From the IMG/VR virus record IMGVR_UViG_3300012351_000007, positions 21,699-85,698 of that record: DNA of 64,000 nt; one strand, 5' to 3'. A program made the translations under genes and the position numbers. Positions 19,287 through 28,570 of the stretch are shown in pieces (within the stretch, counting starts at the first letter, position 1; each line of letters begins with the position of its first letter). Below the pieces are notes generated by a model, which was given only the letters and a program-made list of their open reading frames with translations, had not been told where the DNA came from and made no database searches. Source of the stretch: a virus.

Positions 19287-20087
19287 CTAGGCGGCTAGAT
19301 CGGGGGTCAGAAGAGCAGGGCCTGATGAGTCAGCGCAGGGCGAGCGCCCTTGCTGCTGTTGCAGTGCCTGCACGCTGGGACGATCGGCCTTCCGGCGCAG
19401 ATAGTCGACAGCGGCGAGTAGCCGCTCAGGACTGTCCGCGAACATCCCGATCCCAACATTGCATTGAGGACATAGGAGTCCTCGGACCTGTCCACCAGCA
19501 TGGCAGTGGTCGACTACAAGGTAGGCTTCGGTGCTTCCGCAGGCTTCGCAGCCGTTTGCCTCGTCGAGCATCTTCCTGAACTCCGGCACAGAAAGGCCGT
19601 ACGTCCAGGCGCGGCGGGCGATGCCCTTGCACCTCATCGAGCAGTACATGGACCCCAGCGTGAACTCTTCACCTAAAGGGGCATCGCACATTACGCACGA
19701 GAGGATGCGGCCAGGGACGCCCATCCGAGATCTGCGACGACAGAGGCCGTCGCAGAAGATCTGCTTCCGACGCACGGCCACGCCGCAATGATGGCAGGAG
19801 CCGCTGGGTTTCCGAACCATCGTTACCGTTGGGCTTCCGTGCCTGTAGTTGCGCATGTAATGGCGTTCGCACCACGGACCCTTGGTCGAACGCTTGAACC
19901 TGTCACATCCGGCTATCTCGCACTGCCCAGCGGCTAGGAGCCGATCTCTGCGCCGCTCAGTTATTTCGGCCCGCTTGCACTGCACGGAACAGTGGACCGG
20001 CGGCCTGCCCTGCGTCTTCCGCGCGAACTCACTACCGCAGCGGCGGCAAGTCCCTCGCCTCGGTGCGGTAGGCGTAAGCTTCCGCAT
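19287..20087 (-). CDS. Free-standing endonuclease VII-like (His-Me finger) homing endonuclease with multiple Zn-finger repeats
   Basis: CEACG...LVVDHCH...VRGLLCPQCNVGIGMFAD; several CxxC motifs; codon usage differs from neighbours. Confidence 0.85.
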   Translation of the reverse strand: MRKLTPTAPRRGTCRRCGSEFARKTQGRPPVHCSVQCKRAEITERRRDRLLAAGQCEIAGCDRFKRSTKGPWCERHYMRNYRHGSPTVTMVRKPSGSCHHCGVAVRRKQIFCDGLCRRRSRMGVPGRILSCVMCDAPLGEEFTLGSMYCSMRCKGIARRAWTYGLSVPEFRKMLDEANGCEACGSTEAYLVVDHCHAGGQVRGLLCPQCNVGIGMFADSPERLLAAVDYLRRKADRPSVQALQQQQGRSPCADSSGPALLTPDLAA

Positions 20088-20218
20088 GTTCGACTCCAAC
20101 TAGTCGGACCACAGCCCGGGAGCGTCACCAGCGCTCGCCGGGCCCTTACGTGCCCATTATGCCGTACACATGTGCCATCCGACGGCCAACACCCTTGCGG
20201 CCCAACGACTTCTCTCGG

Positions 20219-21307
20219 TCAGGCGGCGAGACGGGAGCGCTGGTTGGCGAGGCGTTGCAGGTCCCGCAGCGGCGTCGGCACGTAGGACGGTCGCCATGCG
20301 CTGGACTCGCGGCGGGTGGCCAGGTCGTCCCACGTGATCCGGCCAGCGCGGAGAAGATCCAATCTGGCCGCGCCGAGGATGCCTACCTGGACCTCTTCGG
20401 ACTGGGCGTCGAACCAGGCACGTGCGTCGGGGAACTGGTCGGGTGGTTCGTCGTCGCCGAGGCCCAGTTCGCGCCACGACTTGAGGGTGGGCACCCGCTG
20501 ACAGCGGCCCTGCTGGTGGTCGATCGGACCGGCCTCGGACAGGGCGTGCTGCGATCCATCCATCGACAGGCATGAGGCACAGACCCGGCTGTCGATCTTT
20601 GCCGACCAGCGCCACCCGGCGAGCACGTCGGCGTTGGCCATGTCCACGTACTGCCCCGCGACACGGTGCGAGTCGAGGATCTCGGTACGCGAGATGATCA
20701 ACGCCCGGGTGAGACCGCCACCCTCGAAGGCGCCCTGTACCCGGTCCACCATCGCCTTCGCCACGGTCTCCGGGTCGTCGCCCAACGCCACCCCGCGGAC
20801 CAGTTCCCGGCGCATCGCCTCACCGGCCTGCGCCGACAGGGGGCGGGCGGCCGATTCGATCTGCTGCCCGCAGCGAGCGACCATCACATCCACGGCGCGC
20901 GGCGGGATCTTGCCGGCGACCCGGGCCGCTGCATCGGCGCGCTGCGCGGCGGGTAGTTGGGAGGCGATCAGCCGGGCCTCGCCCTGTACCGTCGCCTCAA
21001 CAGCCCTCGCTGCGGCGTCCTTCACCGATGTAGCGGTGCGCAACCCCAACCGGTCCAGCGCATCCGATGCGGCGGCGAGAACCGTCTGCACGCCGGGGAT
21101 GCGGGCCAGTTCCCACCGGCCCGGCCAGCGTCCCGCACGTACCGCCGTCACGGCGACCGAAGTTGCGGCAGCGAGCATCGGCGGGGTTAGCAGCGCCCAG
21201 GCGGCCACCCATGCGGCGGTCAGGTCCCGGGTGGTGCCGTCGGCTTCGGTGCCCACGTCGTTGCGTAGTTGCGCCGAGTCCTGAAGCGTGGCGGCGGTGA
21301 CCGGCAC
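20219..21307 (-). CDS. MuF-like minor head protein
   Basis: ISRTEIL, WRWSAKIDSRVCASC, DHQQGRC motifs; follows the portal gene. Confidence 0.88.
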   Translation of the reverse strand: MPVTAATLQDSAQLRNDVGTEADGTTRDLTAAWVAAWALLTPPMLAAATSVAVTAVRAGRWPGRWELARIPGVQTVLAAASDALDRLGLRTATSVKDAAARAVEATVQGEARLIASQLPAAQRADAAARVAGKIPPRAVDVMVARCGQQIESAARPLSAQAGEAMRRELVRGVALGDDPETVAKAMVDRVQGAFEGGGLTRALIISRTEILDSHRVAGQYVDMANADVLAGWRWSAKIDSRVCASCLSMDGSQHALSEAGPIDHQQGRCQRVPTLKSWRELGLGDDEPPDQFPDARAWFDAQSEEVQVGILGAARLDLLRAGRITWDDLATRRESSAWRPSYVPTPLRDLQRLANQRSRLAA

Positions 21308-22987
21308 CTACGTGCTCGCTGGCTGGGTCACGGCGCCGTCCGGGTTCCCGTCGGCGGTGGTTCCGTCCCCCGGTGGGGTGTCGGCCCCCGACATTGGCCC
21401 TGTTCCGGCCGTAGCGGGGTCCTGCCCGGTGCGGGCCAGCCCTGCGGCCGTCTGCCCGAGACTGGTAGGCGCGGACGGCCAGATGAAGTTCCCGTCCTCG
21501 TCGACCTGCGCGGCCACCAGCTCATCGGTTCTGGCCACCCCCATCGCCGTCAAAAGCAGCCGCAGGATCTCCTCGGGCCGGACGGTGCCGGTCGAGTCGG
21601 CCTGCACGATCGCCTGCACCAGCGACAGCGGATCCACCGTCGCCAACTCCGGCCAGGTGATGTCGATCGTGTCGGGGGTGTCCCCGTCCAGGATCACCGT
21701 TTCCCGGTCGTTCTCATCCCGCGTGATCCTGCCCTTGAGGGCGCCCTTCGGCGCGCGCACCGACTCGGCGATCACATGGTCGAGGATCGAGCGCAGGAAC
21801 TCCGACCACAGGGTTTGGCGTTGCGCCATCTCCAGTTCGGTCGGCTGGTCCAGGGTTTCCGCGGTTGCCCGCGCGCCGGTCTGGCCGGGGTCGGCCAGCA
21901 GCATCGTCACCGGCACACCCAACGCCGCAGCGACCATCATTGCCAGGGGCCGGCCGGATTCGGCGTCGATGGTGGCACCGGACTTGGGGATGGCCTCCAG
22001 TGACGCATCGGCCGGCATGATCGCCGTCGCCCCCGACGACAGCGGCAGCCCGGTCGCCGGGTCGATCGACGGCGCAGCGGCTATCTTCGCCCTGGCCTGA
22101 CCTGCGGCCTGACCCTTCGCGGTCAACCTCCACGCAAACCGCGACAGCGACTTGACCAGCCTCGCCCAGTCCTCCAGGAACTCCTTGTACGCCTTCGCCC
22201 AGTCGATCGCGGCATACACGTCCGGTACCCCACGGCGCCAGCCCAGCGGCACGTTGACGGCGAGGTGCACGATCGGGGAGTCCCACGCGATGGGGATCCC
22301 GCCGAACGCCGCCGGCCGCTGCGTGGGCCGGTAGCCGACCGCGGGGTAGAACCGTTCCCGCAGCGTCGGGTTCACGGTCCCCGTCTGGTTGTCGAGGGCC
22401 ATCTCGTTCCAGCGGCGGTGGTAGTACCACGGTTCGGTGGCGTCGTCCGGGTTGCAGATCACGTCGGCGATCTCGTCGGCAACCACCGTCCGTGCCTGCA
22501 CGGTGCCCGTCAGGGGCTTCGTGAACAGGACCACGAAGATTTCCCCGTCGTGGCCAAGTGCCCGCTCCAACTGCTCCCGCGCGGCCGGACCCGTCACGGC
22601 ACGCCGGTTGCCCCGGTCGTCGAGGAAGGCTTGGATGACCGCGTTGACGTCCTGCTCACCGCTGTTGCGCCCATCGGCGCGGGCGGCGAGCTCGACCCCC
22701 TGGCCATGGACATATGCGACCTTAAGGGACAACCCCCGGCGCACCAATGGGCTCTTCAGGGCGTATATCCGGCATATCGCCCGAAGTTGGCGCAGACCCT
22801 CGGGGCGGAACTCGACCTCGGCCAGCGCTGTGAGTCGCACCCAGCCTGGGTCAAAGAGCTGGCGCTCAAGGTCAACTAGACTTTCCTGGAGCAATTCCAC
22901 TGTGGACCGTTCGCGGTCCAGATCCTCCCGCAGTTCCGCCTCGCGCATCTTGCGCTTCGACGGGGCAGCGAGGGCAGGGGTGGACAC
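21308..22987 (-). CDS. Portal protein
   Basis: 559 aa between terminase and MuF; DGEIF, RGVPDVYAAIDWAKAY, GARATAETLDQPT motifs. Confidence 0.88.
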   Translation of the reverse strand: MSTPALAAPSKRKMREAELREDLDRERSTVELLQESLVDLERQLFDPGWVRLTALAEVEFRPEGLRQLRAICRIYALKSPLVRRGLSLKVAYVHGQGVELAARADGRNSGEQDVNAVIQAFLDDRGNRRAVTGPAAREQLERALGHDGEIFVVLFTKPLTGTVQARTVVADEIADVICNPDDATEPWYYHRRWNEMALDNQTGTVNPTLRERFYPAVGYRPTQRPAAFGGIPIAWDSPIVHLAVNVPLGWRRGVPDVYAAIDWAKAYKEFLEDWARLVKSLSRFAWRLTAKGQAAGQARAKIAAAPSIDPATGLPLSSGATAIMPADASLEAIPKSGATIDAESGRPLAMMVAAALGVPVTMLLADPGQTGARATAETLDQPTELEMAQRQTLWSEFLRSILDHVIAESVRAPKGALKGRITRDENDRETVILDGDTPDTIDITWPELATVDPLSLVQAIVQADSTGTVRPEEILRLLLTAMGVARTDELVAAQVDEDGNFIWPSAPTSLGQTAAGLARTGQDPATAGTGPMSGADTPPGDGTTADGNPDGAVTQPAST

Positions 22988-23002
22988 TCGGCACCCCCAG
23001 CG

Positions 23003-23182
23003 TCAGTCGAACAGGTCCGGATCGCAGCGGGTACAGCCACCGAAGGCGCCGAGGGGCTGCGGGCCGCTGTCCATCAGGGCGTACACGTCAACGACGAGGC
23101 GGGCCGACGTGAGGCAGCGGTCGCACCACTCCCGACGCGGCTCACCCGTAGCCGTGTGGATGTAGACCACCTGCTCGGCCAC
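23003..23182 (-). CDS. Small Zn-binding hypothetical protein
   Basis: WCDRCLTS...CTRC. Confidence 0.6.
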   Translation of the reverse strand: MAEQVVYIHTATGEPRREWCDRCLTSARLVVDVYALMDSGPQPLGAFGGCTRCDPDLFD

Positions 23183-23244
23183 GCCCACCCCTTGCCGCTC
23201 AGACCCGCTCCGGCCAGTGCCACGTGCCGCCGTGGAGTTTGGCC

Positions 23245-23430
23245 TCGCGCCATCCGCAGGAGCATTGACTTCCTCCACCGCCGTGAACGGCGGGGATTCC
23301 CTCCGTGCTGCGCGTGGAACGCACAACGCCCGGGTGGGTTCCTGGTTCATCGCAGTCCGCCCGGGCAAGCCCAGGTCTTACGTCTACTCCGCAGGCGTTT
23401 TCCGTCTCCGCAAGCCCTGCGGCGACGTTT
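23245..23430 (-). ncRNA. Putative TnpB omegaRNA (reRNA) scaffold plus flank-derived guide
   Basis: Region matches the tnpB 3'-end/right-end overlap that encodes omegaRNA in IS605-family elements; predicted guide TGCTCCTGCGGATGGCGCGA; boundaries approximate. Confidence 0.65.
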
Positions 23431-23571
23431 GGTGCGTCGGGCTCCAGCTTGGTTATCGCTGGAGCCCGGCCGGACGGTACCACAGTCAAGGGCACTGCTC
23501 GGGCCTTGGCGGCCCTCCCAGCGCGGGCCTTCACCCCCGCCCTCAAGGGCGGAGCACTGGCCCGCATCCCG
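23265..23571 (-). mobile_element. 307-bp non-autonomous IS200/IS605-family element (left end + omegaRNA-like scaffold + right end; no tnpA/tnpB)
   Basis: Left-end hairpin after CTAC; right-end hairpin CCGCCGTTCACGGCGG ending GGAGGAAGTCAA; no target duplication; TnpB-C-terminus-like residue NVAAGLAETENACGVDVRP. Confidence 0.88.
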
Positions 23572-23867
23572 GTAGCGCATGGGGTTGCCGTGGATCTCCG
23601 GGTTCAGGCAGTCGGGTGATTCGGGCTCCTCTGCACCCTCGTCGTACCGGCAGCCACCGGCCGCGAGCGAATGCAGGAAGATGCCCGTCGGGTTCAGTAC
23701 CGCCAGGACAACGCGCTCGCCGCCGAGACTGCGCGGCACGCCAAGCTCGACCTCGGTCACGATGGCTGCGCGGCACTCTGACCTGAACTCGCCACCCGGG
23801 GTTCCGAACGAGACATAGTGCACGACGCGGCCGACCGACGGCTGCTGGTCAACCACAGGCGCTCCGT

Positions 23868-25360
23868 TCAGTACAGGCTGATCAGCGCCTCGTCCTCGGT
23901 GTCTTCCTCTTCGAGGACCCGGTCGTCGAGCAGCAGCGGGTTGAGTAGCAGCCGGTTCAACGCCTGCGACATGGCGTCCACCCGGTCATCGTTCGCCGAG
24001 AAGGGGAAACCTGCGCATTCCTCCACAACCTCGCCGACCCACGGGGCCAGTTCGGGGGCCGGCAAGAACACGTTGCCGGCCTGGACGAACGGCGACACGG
24101 CTGCGGCACGGGCCTTCTTCGACCCGTCCGGCTCGACCGGGATCAGCCCGGCGACGGTGCGCCGCAGGGCGTTGACGACGGCTGGGCCGTTGGCCTTGTC
24201 CTCAACGAGTTTCGCGGCAGCCTGCGGCCAGCGGGCCGAAAGCGTACGGACCTTCAGGCAGGTGGTGACGAAGTCCATCCGGTCGTGCACCTGGTCAAGC
24301 AGGTACGCCTGCACGCCACGGCGGCCCCACACCTGCCCGCACACGAAGTCTGTCCCGGCAGAGTCCTTGAAGGTCATATCCCACGAGGCGATCAGCTCAT
24401 CGAAACCGACCGCGATCCGGGTACCCTCGTCGCGTTCCGTCCACTGCGGTGTGTCGTAGTAGCGCCACCACTCGCGTTGGAAGATGTTGCCGGCGACCGG
24501 GTTGGGCTTGCCCTGAAACAGGGCCGTCCACGACTCGGCGCCGACTTCCTTCTTCTTCTTCTCCCAGTCGACGACGGTACGGCCGCGGGTGGACTGCATG
24601 TACTCGCCGGGCTGCCGGCCCAGCGGGTCCGTCTCGCCCTTCTCGGGGCGGTGGTCGGCCTGGGCCGGGATGTTGATGACCCGCCAATGGTCGGGGCCGT
24701 CTTCCTTCAGCCGCCAGCCGGTCAGGTCGTCATGCGTCCAGCGCGTCTGGATGATCACCACGGCGACACCGGGGCCGAGTCGGGGGATCGCCACATCGGT
24801 GTAGAAGTCCTCGACGGTTTCCCGCCACGCCGGGGATTCGGCCGCCTCACGGTCCTTGTACGGGTCGTCGATGATCAGCAGGTCGACGGGGCGGGACGTG
24901 AGCGAGCCACGGATCCCGACGCAGTACACGCCACCCTGACGGCTGGCGATCTCCCACTCGTTCGCCGCCGCCGAGTCGGGGTTGACCGACAGGCCGAGAC
25001 GGTCGCCGTGCAGCATGATGTCGTCGCGGATGAACCGGCCCCACCGGCGGGCGACGGTGTGGGCGTAGGACACGATCGCGATGCGGGTGTCCGGGTTGCG
25101 GTGCAGCACCCACTCCGGGAAACGCCGGGAGGTGCGCTGGCTTTTCCCTCCTGAGGCGCCAGGGAGATCATTAACCGTTCGCAGCGGCCCTCGGCCACGT
25201 CAATCAGCGCCGCATCGATCAGGCCAAGGGCTGGCGTCTGGACGGTACGCGGGTCGAGCGCCCTGGCAAGGTCACCCGGTGTCGGCCACTGCGACACCCG
25301 GGGGCCAGTCGGCTCGAATAGGCGTGCCGCAGCCTCCCACGCGGACAACGTCCCGGTCAT
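23868..25360 (-). CDS. terL: Terminase large subunit, split by a -1 frameshift in Walker A
   Basis: RLMISLAPQEGK|SQRTSRRFPEW; Walker B LLIIDD; QTRW; SWD; VEDKANG; DDRVDAMSQAL nuclease motif. Confidence 0.9.
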
Positions 25361-25962
25361 GCCGCCACCGCCCTCAGGTGCCGAGGGACCACCGTCGCAA
25401 CCTTCGCCTGCTGCTCCGCAGACAGGCCGAGGTCGTCGAGGATGGCCCGGATCACCGAGGCGAGTAGTTGGCCCTGTTGCTCGGCCAGCCGCACCCGGCG
25501 TTCCTCCACGCCAGCCTGGATGGCCGCCTTGCACACGTCGAGCAGGTGCCGGCGTTCTTTGTAGTACAGGTCCAGCCACACGTTCGGCGCCGCAGCATGG
25601 GTCACGTCAACCCCGACGAACTCCCCGGCGCCCTTGTCGACCTCTTCCGTCTTCCCCCAGACCAGCGCATCACGTTCGATGGCCTGGACCTGCTGGCGTA
25701 GCCACGCCACATGCCCGGCGGTCCACTTCACCTCGTCGAGAAGAGCCTCCGTAGGGGACACATCGACGGGAAGGCCGTAGGTCTGTACCGCCTGCTCCGC
25801 CGCCTCGTCCTGAAGCCGCCGTTCGGCGGCAGCCAGGGCGCGAGGCGAGTTGCCGCCGTGAGACTCGCACACCTGCTGGCCGTGGCGGGGCCACTTGCCG
25901 CACGGCTGGCCGTTGCGCTTCCTGGCCTTGCACTTCGACCTAGGTCCGATGGGTTCGCTCAT
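25357..25962 (-). CDS. Terminase small subunit-like protein (HGG-motif Zn finger)
   Basis: CKARKRNGQPC...VCESHGG; directly upstream of terL with ATGA coupling. Confidence 0.75.
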   Translation of the reverse strand: MSEPIGPRSKCKARKRNGQPCGKWPRHGQQVCESHGGNSPRALAAAERRLQDEAAEQAVQTYGLPVDVSPTEALLDEVKWTAGHVAWLRQQVQAIERDALVWGKTEEVDKGAGEFVGVDVTHAAAPNVWLDLYYKERRHLLDVCKAAIQAGVEERRVRLAEQQGQLLASVIRAILDDLGLSAEQQAKVATVVPRHLRAVAA

Positions 25963-26192
25963 GCCGCTGGGTCCGATGGGTTGACGGAACGGGGAGCGCC
26001 GTCCCGGGCCTCGACGTGCGTCACGTAGGCGTCCCGCCACCTGCGGGCGGCGTCCTGCCACTCGGGGGTCTGCGACTCCCAGCCGCCGTCAACGGAGGTG
26101 ATCAGCCCACAGGCGGTGTCCAGCAGCCACTCGGCGGCAGCGTAGGAAACGGTCACATCCGGGCCGGGTGGCCGTCCCCTGCGACGCGACAT
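25959..26192 (-). CDS. Hypothetical protein
   Basis: MSRRRGRP...WQDAARRWRDAY. Confidence 0.55.
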   Translation of the reverse strand: MSRRRGRPPGPDVTVSYAAAEWLLDTACGLITSVDGGWESQTPEWQDAARRWRDAYVTHVEARDGAPRSVNPSDPAA

Positions 26193-26321
26193 GGCCCGTT
26201 CAGGCCCGGACGGTGATGGCGTAGCCGATGACGGTCGGGTCGTCGTCGGAGCGGGTGATCCGGCCGACATCGACGAACGCCTCGAAGTGCTCGTGGGGGC
26301 AGGCGCGGTCAAGGTCGGCGG

Positions 26322-26735
26322 TCACAGCGCGGTCCCTTCCGGTCGTGGCCACGGCGGTACCGGCTTCGGCCCGCTCCCGCTCCACGGTGCCAGCCACTGC
26401 TCGGCGATCAGCCGCGCCACCAGGTCGGTCCCGTCGGGCAGGGTGATCCGGGCGTCGCGGCGCGGGTCGTACTTGTCGGCGTGCAGCACCGTCACCGTCA
26501 CCGCAGTCCCGGCAGGGAGTAGGGCTGCGAGGTTGTCGCGGGCCTCCGGACCACCCGGCTGGGCGAGCTCGCGGGCGTTGCAGCCGGCCAGCCGGATCGG
26601 TACGTCATGCGCCCACAGCGCCACGCCGAGCAGCGGCTTCGTTGCCAGGTCGAGGGAGACGGCCAGGGAGTCGCCGTCGTGGACGTGGGAGACGACGGCG
26701 GAGGTTGGGGCAGACAGGAGGGCGTCGAGCACCAC
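26322..26735 (-). CDS. Thermonuclease (SNase) family protein
   Basis: VHDGDS, IRLAGCNARE, DKY motifs. Confidence 0.82.
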   Translation of the reverse strand: MVLDALLSAPTSAVVSHVHDGDSLAVSLDLATKPLLGVALWAHDVPIRLAGCNARELAQPGGPEARDNLAALLPAGTAVTVTVLHADKYDPRRDARITLPDGTDLVARLIAEQWLAPWSGSGPKPVPPWPRPEGTAL

Positions 26736-26772
26736 GCACCCCCGGCTTTCACCCGTCTCGGGTATGGCATTC

Positions 26773-26806
26773 AGCCGGTATCCGGCCGGATAATAGCCGG
26801 TATCCG
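26773..26806. promoter_or_regulatory. Operator-like repeats between divergent SNase and RHH genes
   Basis: Direct repeat AGCCGGTATCCG (22-bp period) plus palindrome TATCCGGCCGGATA. Confidence 0.6.
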
Positions 26807-26829
26807 CACCCTTGGAAGGGACGCCCCTC

Positions 26830-27036
26830 ATGCCCGTCAAGCTCACCGTCAGCCTGTCCGAGCAGGTCGTCGACGCCCTGAAGGAACTCGCCGACGAGCA
26901 GGGGACCTCGGTCACCGAACAGTTGCGGCGGGCCGTGGCGCTGCAGAAGTGGGTCAGCGACACCCGCAGCCAGGGTGGGCGGGTGCTGGTCGAGGATCCG
27001 ACCGGGGGCACCCGGGAGTTGGTGTTCCTCGGCTAG
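26830..27036 (+). CDS. Ribbon-helix-helix (CopG-like) regulator
   Basis: KLTVSLSEQVVDALKELADEQGTSVTEQLRRAV. Confidence 0.82.
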   Translation: MPVKLTVSLSEQVVDALKELADEQGTSVTEQLRRAVALQKWVSDTRSQGGRVLVEDPTGGTRELVFLG

Positions 27037-27761
27037 ACCTTCGGGACCGTCACGTCGGCCTGCTGGGCGCGTAGCGTCTCCCAGTCTGACAGGCGCAGCC
27101 GGAATGATCCACTCACGCCCCACCGGTCCGACCACGAGTTATCCGCAGTCAGGTAGCCCTCCTGGCCGCCGACCCCCGGCTCGTAGCCGCGCACCAGGTA
27201 CTCATGCCCACCTCGGATGTCCCCGTCGGGGTGGACGTAGCCGTCCCGGTCGGGATGGTCCATCGATGATGTCCACACGCTGCCGACCAGAACCGGCGAC
27301 GCTTGTAGGGCGTGCAGCAGCCCCCAGGTCGTGAACGCCCACCCGTAGGAGGAGATGAGCCCGGTCCGCTTCGCCGCCTTCGCGACCGCGACGCCCGTGC
27401 TGCCGGAATCGACGGACGCCGGATCGCCGGGAAGGTAGTAGCCGGGGATCCGGTCGTACCTCGTGGCCAACTCGTACAGCTTGACCGCCATCGCCTCGTC
27501 GTAGCGGGGCGCGTCGGTGGTGCTCTGGCAGTGCGGGGCGCAGCCAAGCCAGCCCGCCATGGCATTCCCGGTGCAGCTGCCGACCGACCCCTGGTCCAGA
27601 ATCGGCGAGTAGCGGGGCCAGAGGATCGGGCCGGGGACGTAGGCAGGTACGGCCGCCTCGACCGCGAACGCGCGGGAACGGGGGTCGTGTTCGACGTGCC
27701 GCCCCAAGCGACCGGCGCCGGGAAGTTCGTCGGCGTAGATCACCGTTGTGATCGCCACCAC
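27033..27761 (-). CDS. Papain-like (C1) cysteine peptidase
   Basis: DQGSVGSCTGNA, GGHEY, NSW...WG catalytic motifs. Confidence 0.88.
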   Translation of the reverse strand: MVAITTVIYADELPGAGRLGRHVEHDPRSRAFAVEAAVPAYVPGPILWPRYSPILDQGSVGSCTGNAMAGWLGCAPHCQSTTDAPRYDEAMAVKLYELATRYDRIPGYYLPGDPASVDSGSTGVAVAKAAKRTGLISSYGWAFTTWGLLHALQASPVLVGSVWTSSMDHPDRDGYVHPDGDIRGGHEYLVRGYEPGVGGQEGYLTADNSWSDRWGVSGSFRLRLSDWETLRAQQADVTVPKV

Positions 27762-27796
27762 GGAGCCCCCCGATCAGCGGTTCAAGCGAAGGCGGG

Positions 27797-28042
27797 TCAG
27801 TGCTTCCGGTAGCGGTAGAAGAGCTCGTTGGGCAGCGCCTCAAGGCTAAACGCCTCGGCGTCCGGGTCGAGCGTTGCCGGGTGCACCAACTCCCGGGTCT
27901 GGCCGACCGTGAACGTCACCGCGTTGACCGAGTGGTACTTGGCCAGTTCCTCCACGAAGCCCTTCAGCATCGCGTCGGCGTCGTCCGGCCGTCCGTTGTC
28001 GTGGATGCCGCCGCCCTCGATGTGCATCGACCACTGGCCCAT
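27797..28042 (-). CDS. Hypothetical protein
   Basis: GAGAGG RBS, high GC3. Confidence 0.65.
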   Translation of the reverse strand: MGQWSMHIEGGGIHDNGRPDDADAMLKGFVEELAKYHSVNAVTFTVGQTRELVHPATLDPDAEAFSLEALPNELFYRYRKH

Positions 28043-28153
28043 GCCCGGTCACGTCCTCTCGCGTGCGGTTGGGGATCACCCGCCGGCCGGTCGATGCCCC
28101 TCAACACGGCCGACCGGCGGGCGACCTCATCCCCCCTGCGGATGCCCTTCGGC

Positions 28154-28483
28154 TCAGACCACCAGCATCGCGGTGACGCTGGTCGTCGCCGAGTAGTTGA
28201 CGGTGACCTTGTTCGTCGAGTCGACGAAGTTGCCGAGTTTGCCGAACGCGCGGGACGTGTTCGCCCCGACGGTCACGCCGGTCTGGGCGGCGGCCAAGGT
28301 CCCAGCGGGTGTATGCCCCGGATCGACGATCGTCACCGTGGTCGGCGTCGCGGCCGCAGTCACGATCAGGACCGCGCCGTTGGCGACATCGTTGGCGTTG
28401 ATGGTGTCCCCCGAAGCGACGGCGACGCCCGTGCAGACGGGGCCGGTCGGGTCGCCGGTGACGGCCGTGTACAGGGTGGTCAT
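28154..28483 (-). CDS. Small beta-rich (virion-like) protein
   Basis: GAGGAGG RBS; GDTINA...TVTIVDPG...VTVNYS. Confidence 0.68.
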   Translation of the reverse strand: MTTLYTAVTGDPTGPVCTGVAVASGDTINANDVANGAVLIVTAAATPTTVTIVDPGHTPAGTLAAAQTGVTVGANTSRAFGKLGNFVDSTNKVTVNYSATTSVTAMLVV

Positions 28484-28570
28484 GGCGAAGGGCCTCCTCG
28501 GCGGTCGGGGGTCGGTGACCGCCAAGGAGGCGGCAGGGGGTCAGGTCAGCGATTGCGGCAGCCACCCGAC

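Larger units (their letters stand above)
23199..23856 (-). pseudogene. Conserved phage hypothetical gene interrupted by a mini IS605-family element
   Basis: PSVGRVVHYVS...CRAAIVTEV...NPMRY | CSCGWREAKLHGGTWHWPERV; removing 23265-23571 restores one ORF. Confidence 0.88.

Noticed and set aside
25130-25150. Intein at the terL Walker A
   Set aside because: No inserted sequence; the two halves join with a single-base shift
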